Shown: positions 37,220 to 47,674, counted from the stretch's first letter. The stretch is DNA of 50,821 nucleotides from an uncultured bacterium (GCA_964433085.1 CAYSQB010000005.1:1-50821), one strand, 5' to 3'. A program made the numbers and translations. The notes: a model not told the origin generated them from the sequence alone.

Positions 37220-39211
37220 TTATTTTTGATTATGATACAGCATATATTTTGCTGTCTCATAAAATCCCTTTAATCTATGTGCATATCGATCTGCAATTTC
37301 AGGATATTTTCCTTTTATATCTACCCATGGTTCTTGGCTCCACAAATCATTTAACTTCACATTTGAACCATTTTTATTCATCGATAAATAATAGTTTTGT
37401 CCCACCACAGCAATATGATGTTCTGCCACTTTTTTATTCACGATCATGGCCAAAGGGTCATCTGGAATTCTACCATTTAGTAGATCCCGCCCCAAGGTCC
37501 GATTCTCATAGGGCACGCCAGCCAAACCACATACGGTAGGCATAAGATCAACCAACTGGGCCACATCATTTCTTACTTGGCCCCCTTTAAATTTCCACGG
37601 TGCATAAATGATGAACGGTACTTGGTATGATCTTAGTTTTAATTCAAAATCGGATGGGGGCATATGATTGGCCTTTGGATCCGATGTTCCATGATCCCCA
37701 AAAAATAGAAATATCGTGTGTTCAAAATAGGAAGATGATTCTGCCATAGTCATAAATGATCCAACAGCATGATCCAGCAACCGCATGGCATGAAACTGTT
37801 CCTCTGAGCTGAAGCCAGCGTGGTTTAGTTTTTTATCATCTTCATCGTAGACCTGAAAACCCTTAATACCATTAGGGATGGAATATGGACGATGATTTGT
37901 CGCCGTTTGAATCACAGAAAAAAACGGTTTCTCTTTATTCATTGATTCAAATTTAATGTGAGCCGCTGTAAACAGATCATGATCGGATATCCCCCATACA
38001 TCCAGTCGGGGGTAATCTAGGTCTTTTTGCTCAGTAATGGTCATATCAGAGATGTTGTTCTTAAGAAGACTCCTCACATTTCGCCAACTGGCGCTTCCGC
38101 CCATGATATAATGTTTTTGATAACTATCTAAGGAATTGACCAATGAATATTGATCTACGATTCGTGGGTTACTGGATGCTGTTTCTATACTGGACACATC
38201 GTGAATGCCAGTGATCATGCTAAATACTGATCGAGCCGTTCCCACCATGGGAACATAAAAGCGGTCAAATGAAACCCCTTTTGTGGCAATGCGATCTAAA
38301 TGGGGAGTTGAATTCATTGGATTTCCAGCTCTGGCCATCCGATTGAAGCCTACGGATTCTAAAAAAACAATGACAATATTTGGCTGAGTATTTTTGAGTT
38401 TTTTGGTTACGGTACGCCGATAGTTTAATTTTTCCAAATCAGGGAAATCCACACCCAATTCCATGACCATAAGATCATAATAATTTTTTGTTTCTAATGT
38501 GCTATAATCTTCTAAATCAAATGTACGTGTTTCATTCAAATAGAGGATGGGGTTCAAAGCGGTGGCTACAATAAATGGATCTTTGCTAAAATGGGCGTCA
38601 CTCCACAATAATTGATATTGGCTAAATGTTCCCCAGTATGAAAACAGAAACACCAATCCGCCCAAGACGATACCAATCGCTTTATCTTTGAATTGCACCA
38701 CTTGAGGATTAATATTTAGCTGTTGGTACCCAAGTCGAAGCCAAAAGCTGGCAGTGGTGATACACAACAATAACCCCATAGTAATCCAAACAATCGGATA
38801 AGATTCCCAGGCCATCCCCAATGCAATCAATGGGTTTTCTAATAGGTGTAAGGTGGATATGTCGATTCGGCGACCAAGATAGCTATAATTCCCTAGATCA
38901 AATCCATAAAAAATGAATAAGGATGATAATGCGATCCCCAAATAAGTGAGACTCAGTTTTTGTATGAATAGGTTCCGCAAGGGGTTCCACCTGGGTATGA
39001 GAAAGGCTAACATTATCGGTGTGATGATGAGGACCGCCAAACGCAGGTCAAATCGGGAACCGATCCAAATAGCTCTGGTCAGCTCACTAGATGAGCCTGT
39101 CATCCCAGTTATAAAACTGAAAATAAAAACAAGTCTGAGAGTAAAAAATATGGCCGTAAGTTTTATAATAAGGCCGAAAATAAACTTTAATCGACGAGAA
39201 TGATAGAACAC
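37220..39211 (-). CDS. LTA synthase family / sulfatase-like membrane phosphotransferase
   Basis: N-terminal TMs with RFDL, PNIVIVFLES, TPHLD, WGISD, TNHRPY, FGDHG, DLMPT, GRDLL. Confidence 0.9.
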   Translation of the reverse strand: MFYHSRRLKFIFGLIIKLTAIFFTLRLVFIFSFITGMTGSSSELTRAIWIGSRFDLRLAVLIITPIMLAFLIPRWNPLRNLFIQKLSLTYLGIALSSLFIFYGFDLGNYSYLGRRIDISTLHLLENPLIALGMAWESYPIVWITMGLLLCITTASFWLRLGYQQLNINPQVVQFKDKAIGIVLGGLVFLFSYWGTFSQYQLLWSDAHFSKDPFIVATALNPILYLNETRTFDLEDYSTLETKNYYDLMVMELGVDFPDLEKLNYRRTVTKKLKNTQPNIVIVFLESVGFNRMARAGNPMNSTPHLDRIATKGVSFDRFYVPMVGTARSVFSMITGIHDVSSIETASSNPRIVDQYSLVNSLDSYQKHYIMGGSASWRNVRSLLKNNISDMTITEQKDLDYPRLDVWGISDHDLFTAAHIKFESMNKEKPFFSVIQTATNHRPYSIPNGIKGFQVYDEDDKKLNHAGFSSEEQFHAMRLLDHAVGSFMTMAESSSYFEHTIFLFFGDHGTSDPKANHMPPSDFELKLRSYQVPFIIYAPWKFKGGQVRNDVAQLVDLMPTVCGLAGVPYENRTLGRDLLNGRIPDDPLAMIVNKKVAEHHIAVVGQNYYLSMNKNGSNVKLNDLWSQEPWVDIKGKYPEIADRYAHRLKGFYETAKYMLYHNQK

Positions 39212-39313
39212 AATATATTATTCAGAGATAAGTAATTTGTAAAATAAGGATAGTTTGAAACATATGAGATTTCCTCTACTCAAGTTAATACAAGAATTTT
39301 TGATGATTTCCAC

Positions 39314-40021
39314 TTAGTATTTGACTAGTTGACTAATTTCTTTCTGTACTTGGTTTTTCAATTTATCTAATGTATAATTTTTGTAATCACTTGAGACGAT
39401 GGGCTTTCCAAAAGTTAAAGTGAGTGTCCCGGGCTTAATTCTCCAGTCTGGTTTGCTTTTCGCTTTGAATGCACCCGAAAGGCCAACAGGAATGATAGTA
39501 ACACCTGTGTTTTTTGCTAAATGAAATGGTCCTTTTTTAAACATACTGATTTTTCCTGTCAGAGTTCTGGTCCCTTCGGGCGAAATTATAAAGGAGATCC
39601 CATTCCGGATTGCATCCTCTGCGAGATCTAAGCTGTGAATTGCTTCTTTTATTTTTTTGCGTTTGATAGGGATTACACCGTATCGTTCGACAACCCACCC
39701 CCAGATAGGCCAAGAAAATTGTTTATTTGCTCCTACTGCTGTGATGTAGTGAGGAATAGCAGCCACTAACATAAATGCGTCGAAAAGGGAACCGTGATTG
39801 AATAGGTAAAGATATGGTTGCCCATCACTTGAGGGGATCTCTCCTTCTATTTTTAGCCACTGTCCTCCAAAAAGTAATATAACCCTACAAAATGTGGATG
39901 CTAAAAAATATAATTTTACAGATGGGATAAAGACAGATACAAAAAAATAAAAGGGGACCAAAATTATAAAAATAATTGATGCCAAAGGCCAGATTATCAA
40001 TGATGCTATTGTTTTAAACAC
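39314..40021 (-). CDS. plsC: Lysophospholipid acyltransferase (PlsC family)
   Basis: NHGSLFD (HxxxxD), PEGTRT, FKKGPF, IIPV. Confidence 0.88.
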   Translation of the reverse strand: MFKTIASLIIWPLASIIFIILVPFYFFVSVFIPSVKLYFLASTFCRVILLFGGQWLKIEGEIPSSDGQPYLYLFNHGSLFDAFMLVAAIPHYITAVGANKQFSWPIWGWVVERYGVIPIKRKKIKEAIHSLDLAEDAIRNGISFIISPEGTRTLTGKISMFKKGPFHLAKNTGVTIIPVGLSGAFKAKSKPDWRIKPGTLTLTFGKPIVSSDYKNYTLDKLKNQVQKEISQLVKY

Positions 40022-41080
40022 TCAATTCTCAAGCATCAAACTAAATATTTTGTGGTTGGCCTTTGGAAAGGCGAATTGGTTTATTTCATGTTTTTTGATC
40101 CAGCGATATGGCTGATTCACCATTAGTTTTGATCTATTTTTTATTATGCAGTCAAAACTGGACATGGAAATTCCAAAGTGGCTATAGCGGTGGCAGATTT
40201 CACCCATTTTGTTTTCAATAGATACATCCAAGTTGTATTTTTTTTTTAGCATTCCTACCAATTGACTTTTAGGATTTTGTGTTTTCAGGACTTCCCCTCC
40301 AGGTAGTTCCCAGAGATTATTTAAATGTTTATACCCAGAACGTTTTAAAATTAAAAATGAACTATTTTCCCATATTAATCCTACAACTACATTTTTCCAG
40401 GGAAAGGTTATTTTTGTTTTAGCCAATGGATATCTACCGGCGTTACCTGAAACTGCTGCTCCACAGTATGGTTTAAGAGGGCAGTTTTGACATTTTGGGG
40501 TTTTTGGAATACAGATGATACTACCAAGCTCCATCAATGCCTGATTAAAATTTCCAGGATGGCTCTTATCTATACACTTATTTAAGGTGGATAATATTCT
40601 TTTATTATTGAAAGGGGTGAAACGTTTTAGTCTCAGTAATCGTGACATTACTCTCCTTACATTCCCATCCACAACAGGAATTGGATATGAAAAAACAATA
40701 GAATACACTGCCGCCGCAGTGTAAATGCCCACTCCAGGGAGAGCCATGAAATCTTCAATATCATCAGGTAAGCAGGAGTTATGGTTTTTAACAATTATTT
40801 TCACTGCTTTATGGAAATTATGACAGCGGTTGTAATATCCTAAGCCTTCCCAAATCAATAATAAAGAATCCGAAGATGCTTTTGCAACCGATTCAAAGTG
40901 CGGGAAATTTTTTATCCATCTGTTGTAATAAGGGATAACAGTTTTAACCTGTGTTTGCTGAAGCATGGTCTCTGATAGCCAAATATTGTATGGTTTCTTT
41001 GTCTTGCGCCATGGCATAGATCGTTTTGATTTTTTGTACCAATGTAAAAGTGGGCTTGAAATATTATTTGTAGTATACAT
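40022..41080 (-). CDS. mutY: A/G-specific adenine glycosylase
   Basis: SETMLQQTQV, WEGLGYY, LPGVGIYTA, VDGNV, C-x6-C-x2-C-x5-C Fe-S motif, C-terminal Nudix-like domain. Confidence 0.96.
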   Translation of the reverse strand: MYTTNNISSPLLHWYKKSKRSMPWRKTKKPYNIWLSETMLQQTQVKTVIPYYNRWIKNFPHFESVAKASSDSLLLIWEGLGYYNRCHNFHKAVKIIVKNHNSCLPDDIEDFMALPGVGIYTAAAVYSIVFSYPIPVVDGNVRRVMSRLLRLKRFTPFNNKRILSTLNKCIDKSHPGNFNQALMELGSIICIPKTPKCQNCPLKPYCGAAVSGNAGRYPLAKTKITFPWKNVVVGLIWENSSFLILKRSGYKHLNNLWELPGGEVLKTQNPKSQLVGMLKKKYNLDVSIENKMGEICHRYSHFGISMSSFDCIIKNRSKLMVNQPYRWIKKHEINQFAFPKANHKIFSLMLEN

Positions 41081-41083
41081 ATA

Positions 41084-41506
41084 TTAAATAGAATTGTTAT
41101 ACTTCAAAAGGGCCCAATGAAAAGATAAAAGAGCTTCTTTTATATCATTCTGATGTTCCATTGAAATTTGGTTAAAGATTTCTTCTCCGATAATATCTAA
41201 TTTATTTTCTATTTCTTCTGAAACTTGAACGCCTTTTTTGGTCAATGAAACAATTGTTACACGTTTATCCAGATAACTATTTTTCTTTTCAACTAGACTC
41301 CGACGTACCATCCCATCAATTAAGCGTGTCACGGTACTGTTATCCACCCCTATCTTTTCTGCTAAAGAGGTCATATCTGTTCCTTTATCAGGTATAGTAG
41401 CTAAAATAAGAATTTGCTGGAGGGTGTATTTATTGCCTCTGATATTTTTTCTAAATACTGTTAGAAGGCTGAGTAAATATTGTTTAATGAGTTCGCCACA
41501 TTCCAT
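41084..41506 (-). CDS. MarR family transcriptional regulator
   Basis: LAEKIGVDNSTVTRLIDGM..RSLV, DKRVTIVSLTKKG. Confidence 0.92.
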   Translation of the reverse strand: MECGELIKQYLLSLLTVFRKNIRGNKYTLQQILILATIPDKGTDMTSLAEKIGVDNSTVTRLIDGMVRRSLVEKKNSYLDKRVTIVSLTKKGVQVSEEIENKLDIIGEEIFNQISMEHQNDIKEALLSFHWALLKYNNSI

Positions 41507-41525
41507 ATTTGTAAATTACAAATAT
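41505..41525. promoter_or_regulatory. Perfect 10-1-10 palindrome, probable MarR autoregulatory operator overlapping a TAATTT -10 box
   Basis: ATATTTGTAA-A-TTACAAATAT; minus-strand TAATTT at 41513-41518 lies 6 nt before the marR ATG. Confidence 0.7.
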
Positions 41526-41575
41526 ATTTTGAATTAATAAAGCTAGTTTATATATTTAATAATTCTTTAGAAAGA

Positions 41576-42805
41576 TTAATTAGGAAGATTCCATAATCTT
41601 TTGCAATGATCTAGATATAACGTAAGAAGAAACTCCTCTTCCTCAGCGGCAAGTTTTCCCTGTCCTATAATTTTCCAGTGATCCATTTTTATTTTACCCA
41701 TATTATACCATTGACCAGGGATAACAGATTTAGAAGAATCATAATATACTAAGGGGTCTGCACCATTTACCCCGGTAGTAGGGCCTTTTTGTGAAATAGT
41801 ATTTACAACCCCATCGTTTTGGAACCACAAAGAATCTGTGGTTGTTCCGTCTTGTAATTGTATAATTTTAGAACCAATAAGGCGGGATTTCGTTCTAAGC
41901 ATTAAACTTGTATTTTTGTCAGGTTTTTGTGTCCCCGTTTTTTTGTTCTCAATTGTGGTGCTGGTAGTGAAAGAAAAATAACATATATCAGGTTGTGCTA
42001 TAAGAAATGAGTTTAATTCTTTAGCGCCTTCAACGCTCAAATCCCAACTGCAAATATTTTTCGTATTCCATGATGGATGGTCTCGCATGCGTTTATAGTA
42101 ATTGATCCAGGATTCGTTTTTTTTCCGATTGAATCCCCAATGCTGGAGATCAAAGTCATAAAATTCAGTTTCAACTGCGGCACCCAAAATGATAAAATTT
42201 TGTAAAAATGGAATGGTTTTACTTACTATATCCGAAAGAGTTGTTCCATCATGTGGTGCAGAAATAGTAGTAATGGATTTAATCCACCCCTTGTGTTCAA
42301 AGTTCAAAAGGATATTTTTTTCAACATTTTTAAAAATCGAATCGGAATGGAAAGAGTGAGTTAATTGGTAGGCAAGCATACGGATAGTTTGTCCACCCAT
42401 ACTGTGCCCGATAAAATGTACTGGGTGATCGTGGTCCCAATCAGGATATAAACCACTATAGTATTTTCTCTCAGGTTTTTGAATAATCCCCCATTCATCC
42501 GAATGTTTTTTCCCATAATCCACTTGGCCACCTTTGATCTGATAAAATGTCTCAACAGATCGTTCCCAGTTACTGGATACTGGGCCCACAGAAACTGTAA
42601 ATACTTCAAACCCAAAAGATTCCAAATAATTTTTAAAATCTAAATTTCCACCCCAATAAGGATAACCTCCCATTTCTTCTGGTCCCCAGCCGATAAACCC
42701 ATGTACCAAAACGATTGGATACTGATTTGTACAAAATAATAAGGAATTTGAAAGGACAATGTAAAAAAGGAAATTGATAAAAAGAGATTTGCTATCAGTT
42801 TTCAT
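41576..42805 (-). CDS. Secreted lipase (Staphylococcus/Geobacillus-like family I.5/I.6)
   Basis: YPIVLVHGFIGWG, YWGG, VGPVSSNWER, GGQVDYG, GHSMGG, PHDGT, NDGVVNTIS, MDH. Confidence 0.9.
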   Translation of the reverse strand: MKTDSKSLFINFLFYIVLSNSLLFCTNQYPIVLVHGFIGWGPEEMGGYPYWGGNLDFKNYLESFGFEVFTVSVGPVSSNWERSVETFYQIKGGQVDYGKKHSDEWGIIQKPERKYYSGLYPDWDHDHPVHFIGHSMGGQTIRMLAYQLTHSFHSDSIFKNVEKNILLNFEHKGWIKSITTISAPHDGTTLSDIVSKTIPFLQNFIILGAAVETEFYDFDLQHWGFNRKKNESWINYYKRMRDHPSWNTKNICSWDLSVEGAKELNSFLIAQPDICYFSFTTSTTIENKKTGTQKPDKNTSLMLRTKSRLIGSKIIQLQDGTTTDSLWFQNDGVVNTISQKGPTTGVNGADPLVYYDSSKSVIPGQWYNMGKIKMDHWKIIGQGKLAAEEEEFLLTLYLDHCKRLWNLPN

Positions 42806-42927
42806 TAATATAATTGTTTTGATTTATTGAATTTGAATTCCATAGTATTCTCAGTTAATCAAAAATTAAAACTATTAAAAGAGCCCACAGGAAAAGAGTT
42901 AATTTTAGTAATAAATTGAAATAAATT

Positions 42928-43518
42928 TTATTTTAAATTTTCTGAATCAAGAGCTGCAAAATTCTGCCAAAATTTTACTGCTTGTGCCCATTCCTCTGAT
43001 GAATATGATGCAGCAGTTCCTCCTTTTAATTCAAGTTGGTTTCTCATCATAGTTATAGGTCCCATAGGCAACTCCTCAATCCCTTTTGGTAAAGCATGAA
43101 TGCTTATGAGTTCCCATTCAGTATCTGTTGAGTGTTCATTATTTTCAACTAAAACATCATGGCGATAAAGGATGAATTCTACTTTTCCAGCTTTTAAAGG
43201 TATACCATTAAGTGCTCTCACCCTAATATATGGTTCTTCATTTTCACGGCGGCAAACAAATTCAGCTTTTAATTTTGTATCTTTATTTATTTTCACAAAA
43301 GGACATTTGAACTGTTCAGAAAAATCTTGGTCTGCGTTTACAATTATAACACCATCACGATACCCCTGTTTAAAATCCCCTTTGTCTAATTGCTCAGAGG
43401 CATGTGCTGCAATTTGTTCGAAGGAGAGAAGAGGAGAATAAGTTTTTCCTGAACCGGCAATCTGTCGTCTTACAAAATCATTGACCGATACTTTTTTTTG
43501 AGAGTGGAGGTTTTCCAT
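42928..43518 (-). CDS. DUF3228 family protein
   Basis: FVRRQ, GYRDGV, RRENEEP, FILY, WELISI, PMGPITMMRN.L..GG. Confidence 0.75.
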   Translation of the reverse strand: MENLHSQKKVSVNDFVRRQIAGSGKTYSPLLSFEQIAAHASEQLDKGDFKQGYRDGVIIVNADQDFSEQFKCPFVKINKDTKLKAEFVCRRENEEPYIRVRALNGIPLKAGKVEFILYRHDVLVENNEHSTDTEWELISIHALPKGIEELPMGPITMMRNQLELKGGTAASYSSEEWAQAVKFWQNFAALDSENLK

Positions 43519-43520
43519 AA

Positions 43521-43610
43521 TTAGTCAGACATGTTTTTCAGTCTTTTTTTATATCGGAGATATCCAATAATGACTAATATTGCTAATATGAACCAGAGGC
43601 TGAACTTCAA
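43521..43610 (-). CDS. Putative 29-aa single-pass membrane microprotein (not in ORF track)
   Basis: TTG-start MKFSLWFILAILVIIGYLRYKKRLKNMSD*; stop lies 2 nt before the DUF3228 ATG. Confidence 0.45.
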   Translation of the reverse strand: MKFSLWFILAILVIIGYLRYKKRLKNMSD

Positions 43611-43885
43611 AATAACTTATAGAAATATATATTATTGACTGAAGATATTCTCATTATATACATTAATAATTTTCTTAAAACGTTGATTCATGTTTTATCA
43701 AAAGATAATCTGTTTTTATCTATTATTATTCTAATATAAAGTTACATTCAATTTAAAATAGATATTTTTTTAGAATAATTTCAATTTTTATTATCTGAAG
43801 TATTATTTTATCAACAATCATACAGGATACATTTAACCCTTTTTACCTTTTCCCCGCTTCTATTTTCAAATCAAATGGAGTTTTT

Positions 43886-46693
43886 ATGAATCATTATTTA
43901 AAAAAATTGTTAATAGTTGTTTCTGCTATTTTCCTTTTTGGAAAAGAAATGTCTGTCCATATGGAACCGGGAAAAGGTGTTTATAACAAACCATTTTTCC
44001 CCATGAATGACTATAGGGAAAACATTTTACCTCCCGAATCTATATGGGGATTTACACTGGGATCAAAACCTGCCAGTCATGATGATATCGTCAGCTATTT
44101 TGAATATTTAGATGAAGTATTTCCTAATGCAAAACTTTATGATTACGGAAGGACCTATGAAGGGAGAAGACTTATTTATCTGGTCATTACAAGTGAGAAA
44201 AACTTTAGCCGATTAGATACAATCAGAGAAAATATTTCAAAAATTTCAGATCCCAGAACTATTGATAATTCTTCTGAAGCAAAAAAAATAATAGAGGACA
44301 CACCTGCCATTGCCTGGATGTCCTACTCAATTCATGGGGATGAACTATCAGGAGCGGACGCGGGAGTACAATTGGCTTTTCAGTTGTTGGCAGGCACTGA
44401 TTCTTATTCCAAGTTGATACGGGATTCACTGGTTGTTTGTATTGATCCTCTACAAAACCCTGATGGGAGAACCCGGTTTTTAGCTCAAATGACTCAATGG
44501 AGTGGTGCAATGGTAAATTATGATACTCAGAGTGCACATCATCGGGGGAATTGGCCCCAAGGACGTGGAAACCATTATTTATTTGATTTGAACCGGGACT
44601 GGTTCACCCAGGTTCATCCTGAATCAAAGGGAAAAGTTCAGGCAATAATAGATTGGCATCCACAGTTAGTTGTAGATGGACATGAAATGGGCCCATTGGA
44701 CACCTATTTGTTCAATCCCCCGCGGGAACCGTATAATCCATTTATGCCAGAGTTAATTTATAAATGGTGGAAGATTATGAGCTTAGAACATTCTGCTGCA
44801 TTTGATCAAAATGGATGGAATTACTATACGCGGGAATGGAATGAGGAATTTTTTCCTGGCTACGGAAGTTCATGGTCTATCTATACAGGTGCAGTTGGAT
44901 TGCTTTATGAACAGGCAGGTGTAGATGGTTCGCAGGTCATCCAGGAGGACGGAACGGTACTTACATACAGAGAATCAGTACACCACCAATTCATCAGTTC
45001 GATGGCAAATTTGATTACAATAGCAGATAACAGGAAGGATTTGTTAAGAGATTATTACAGCGAAAAATATGAATCTGTGTATACTAAAACCAATCGATTA
45101 AAAGCATTTATTTTTCCAAAAGGGGAAAACAAATTCATTGAGAAACAATTTGCAGAAACATTAATTCGGCAGGGGATTGAGGTGGGGCAGACCCTTCAAG
45201 TAGAGAAATTAAAGCAGGCAACGAAATCGGATGGCACAAAAAAGAGGAACATCAAAATACCAAAAGGATCAATGCTGGTACGATTAGATCAGCCAAATCA
45301 TGCCTTGGTAAATGCAATTCTAAGTTTTGACATTCGCTTACAAAATACGTTTTTAGAAACTGAAAGGCGCCAGCGATTGAAACATAGTGAAAGCAGATTG
45401 TATGAGACCACTGCTTGGTCACTTCCACTGGCATATGGTTTGGAAGGATATTACACGAGTGACCTGCCACCTATAGTCACGACTAAATATGTGCCATATT
45501 CATCAAAGGGGATGGTATTTAATCCTCAACCATCCTTCGGTTATCTGATTCCAAATTCTGATTACAACAGCTATGTTCTATTAAATGTTTTGTTAGAAAA
45601 TCATTTAAAAGTATGGACAGCAAACAAACCCATAACAATAAATGGAAATGACTTTCCAGCTGGTACTTTGTTATTGAGGTTGAATGCAAATCCACAACTT
45701 ACAAGTGATTTTATACAGGCACTGGCTCTGGAGTTTGGTGTAAATATTCATGGTGTAAACACAGGGTTGGTAGACTCAGGCCCTGATCTTGGGGGTGGCG
45801 AATTTCGTCTTATTGAGATACCAAAAATAGCATTAGTTGGAGGACCTCCTACGGGGTATTACAGCTTTGGGGCTGCTTGGCATTTACTAGATTCCAGATT
45901 GAATGTGCCTTTTTCCATTTTGGAAACAAGAAACTTTCCGGGAGTAGATTTAAGAAAATACAATGTAATTATTCTTCCTTCTGCTTGGGGGGGAACAGAA
46001 GCATATAAACAATATTTTGGTAAAGGAGGGATTGAAAACCTGAAAGGATGGATTGAGGATGGCGGAACAGTTATAGGCATTGGTTCTGGGGCTCATTTTT
46101 TTACTGATACAACAGTGGCTATTTCATCGGTGCGACAGAAGAGACAGATACTAAGAAATTTGAATGATTATGAAAAGTATTTAGAGTTTATCAAATCCGT
46201 TGAAGATTCTAAAATTGACAGTATAGAAGTTTGGGAAGGAAATGAACAGATAACTTCAACAAAAAAGGAAGAATCAGAATTTTCTATTAATGAGATTGAA
46301 GAAAAAGATAAAATAGCTCGTAAACTTGCCCCTAGAGGGATGTTAATGAAAGCAAATTTGGACAAAGAACATTGGCTTGCTTTTGGGTGTGGTACATATA
46401 TAATTCCCATGGTGAATACTTCTGTAGCGCTTGTGAGTGATGAGCACGTTGCAACTGTAGCTCGATTTGCAAAAGAAGATAAATTGAGAGTGTCTGGTTT
46501 ACTGTGGCCTGAAGCACGGGAGCGATGGGCAGAAACGGTGTTTGCCACAAGAGAAGGATACGGAAATGGTCAGGTAATTTTGTTTGCAACAGACCCCAAT
46601 TTCAGGGGATATTTTCATAATACGGAACGTATGTTTTTGAATGCAATATTCCTCGGACCGGGGCTTGGAACTCATAAAGCCATTAGATGGTGA
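43886..46693 (+). CDS. Secreted M14 family zinc carboxypeptidase with C-terminal GATase-like domain
   Basis: Signal peptide, YGRTYEGR, SIHGDE, NPDG, GRGNHYLFDLNRD, DGHEM; GGAG RBS. Confidence 0.92.
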   Translation: MNHYLKKLLIVVSAIFLFGKEMSVHMEPGKGVYNKPFFPMNDYRENILPPESIWGFTLGSKPASHDDIVSYFEYLDEVFPNAKLYDYGRTYEGRRLIYLVITSEKNFSRLDTIRENISKISDPRTIDNSSEAKKIIEDTPAIAWMSYSIHGDELSGADAGVQLAFQLLAGTDSYSKLIRDSLVVCIDPLQNPDGRTRFLAQMTQWSGAMVNYDTQSAHHRGNWPQGRGNHYLFDLNRDWFTQVHPESKGKVQAIIDWHPQLVVDGHEMGPLDTYLFNPPREPYNPFMPELIYKWWKIMSLEHSAAFDQNGWNYYTREWNEEFFPGYGSSWSIYTGAVGLLYEQAGVDGSQVIQEDGTVLTYRESVHHQFISSMANLITIADNRKDLLRDYYSEKYESVYTKTNRLKAFIFPKGENKFIEKQFAETLIRQGIEVGQTLQVEKLKQATKSDGTKKRNIKIPKGSMLVRLDQPNHALVNAILSFDIRLQNTFLETERRQRLKHSESRLYETTAWSLPLAYGLEGYYTSDLPPIVTTKYVPYSSKGMVFNPQPSFGYLIPNSDYNSYVLLNVLLENHLKVWTANKPITINGNDFPAGTLLLRLNANPQLTSDFIQALALEFGVNIHGVNTGLVDSGPDLGGGEFRLIEIPKIALVGGPPTGYYSFGAAWHLLDSRLNVPFSILETRNFPGVDLRKYNVIILPSAWGGTEAYKQYFGKGGIENLKGWIEDGGTVIGIGSGAHFFTDTTVAISSVRQKRQILRNLNDYEKYLEFIKSVEDSKIDSIEVWEGNEQITSTKKEESEFSINEIEEKDKIARKLAPRGMLMKANLDKEHWLAFGCGTYIIPMVNTSVALVSDEHVATVARFAKEDKLRVSGLLWPEARERWAETVFATREGYGNGQVILFATDPNFRGYFHNTERMFLNAIFLGPGLGTHKAIRW

Positions 46694-46822
46694 TATAAGG
46701 TTATCTACACCCCAAATTAATCTGATTTTTCAGAATGGATTAATTATTATTGAAGTATCTTCCTATATTTTTTTGGAACATGTTTCTCTTGCAGAAAATA
46801 AAATAACCAGCTACTTTTCAAC

Positions 46823-47674
46823 ATGATGTTTCGTTATATCCCTCATTTACTGTTCCACCTTTTATTTCTTTCCTCAATAATGGCACAATTTGGGAAAATG
46901 CAGGTATCTTTTGACGATCGTTTGTTAAAAGGAAATGAGCGTCAGATTTTATTTGCTCTAGAATCCGAATTAATGCGATTCTATACAAACACCAATTGGG
47001 ATGATGAGTTTACCGATATATCCATCCCCTTGTCAATTCACATTGTTTTTGAAGGAGTAACTTCAAAGGGATCGGTGCAGACAGTTTTAGCCCAAGCTCT
47101 GTTTACTTCGGGCAGTGACCAGCGTTATTATGATAGCGGCGTTCAATTTATTTATAACAATGTTGGAAGTATTTATTTTGATCCTGTTCTGTTTGATCCT
47201 TTGGCAAGTTTTTTAGCTTTTTATGGTTATTTGATATCAGCCTCAGAAATTGACACTTATATCCCCTTGGGAGGTACACCTCATTTTGAAGAGGCTCGAA
47301 ATATTGCCCTTAGAGGGAATGCTTCCGATTACTCACGAGGCTGGAAAGACCGCCTCAATCTTTGCGATAATCTCTCTGAGAATTTTGGACTAAGGAAAGC
47401 CAAATTTGCCTATTATTACGCCATGGAATTATTACAAAATGGGGACATAGAAAGATCGGTTGAAGAATTAAATAATATGATTACAGGCCTAGATGAAGTT
47501 TATGATAGGTATCCCCGGGAACGCTACACACTCTATTTTCTAGCCAATCATGCCAAGGTGTTAGCGGACAAACTTTCTCTTTTAGGGCAGGAGGAAATCC
47601 TACAAATACTCAAAGACCTAGACTCTGACAATGCAGCTCTTTATGACTCAGCGTTAGTAACAATCTCACGGTAA
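46823..47674 (+). CDS. DUF4835 family (PorD-like) secreted protein
   Basis: Signal peptide ending MA|Q, FYTNTNW, LASFLAFYGYLI...DTY..LGGT.HFEEA..IA, GWKDR. Confidence 0.65.
   Translation: MMFRYIPHLLFHLLFLSSIMAQFGKMQVSFDDRLLKGNERQILFALESELMRFYTNTNWDDEFTDISIPLSIHIVFEGVTSKGSVQTVLAQALFTSGSDQRYYDSGVQFIYNNVGSIYFDPVLFDPLASFLAFYGYLISASEIDTYIPLGGTPHFEEARNIALRGNASDYSRGWKDRLNLCDNLSENFGLRKAKFAYYYAMELLQNGDIERSVEELNNMITGLDEVYDRYPRERYTLYFLANHAKVLADKLSLLGQEEILQILKDLDSDNAALYDSALVTISR

Noticed and set aside
43611-43885. Very AT-rich gap as replication origin or repeat region
   Set aside because: No TTATCCACA boxes or dnaA nearby; short TTTTATC recurrences are expected at this composition; it is a divergent promoter region.
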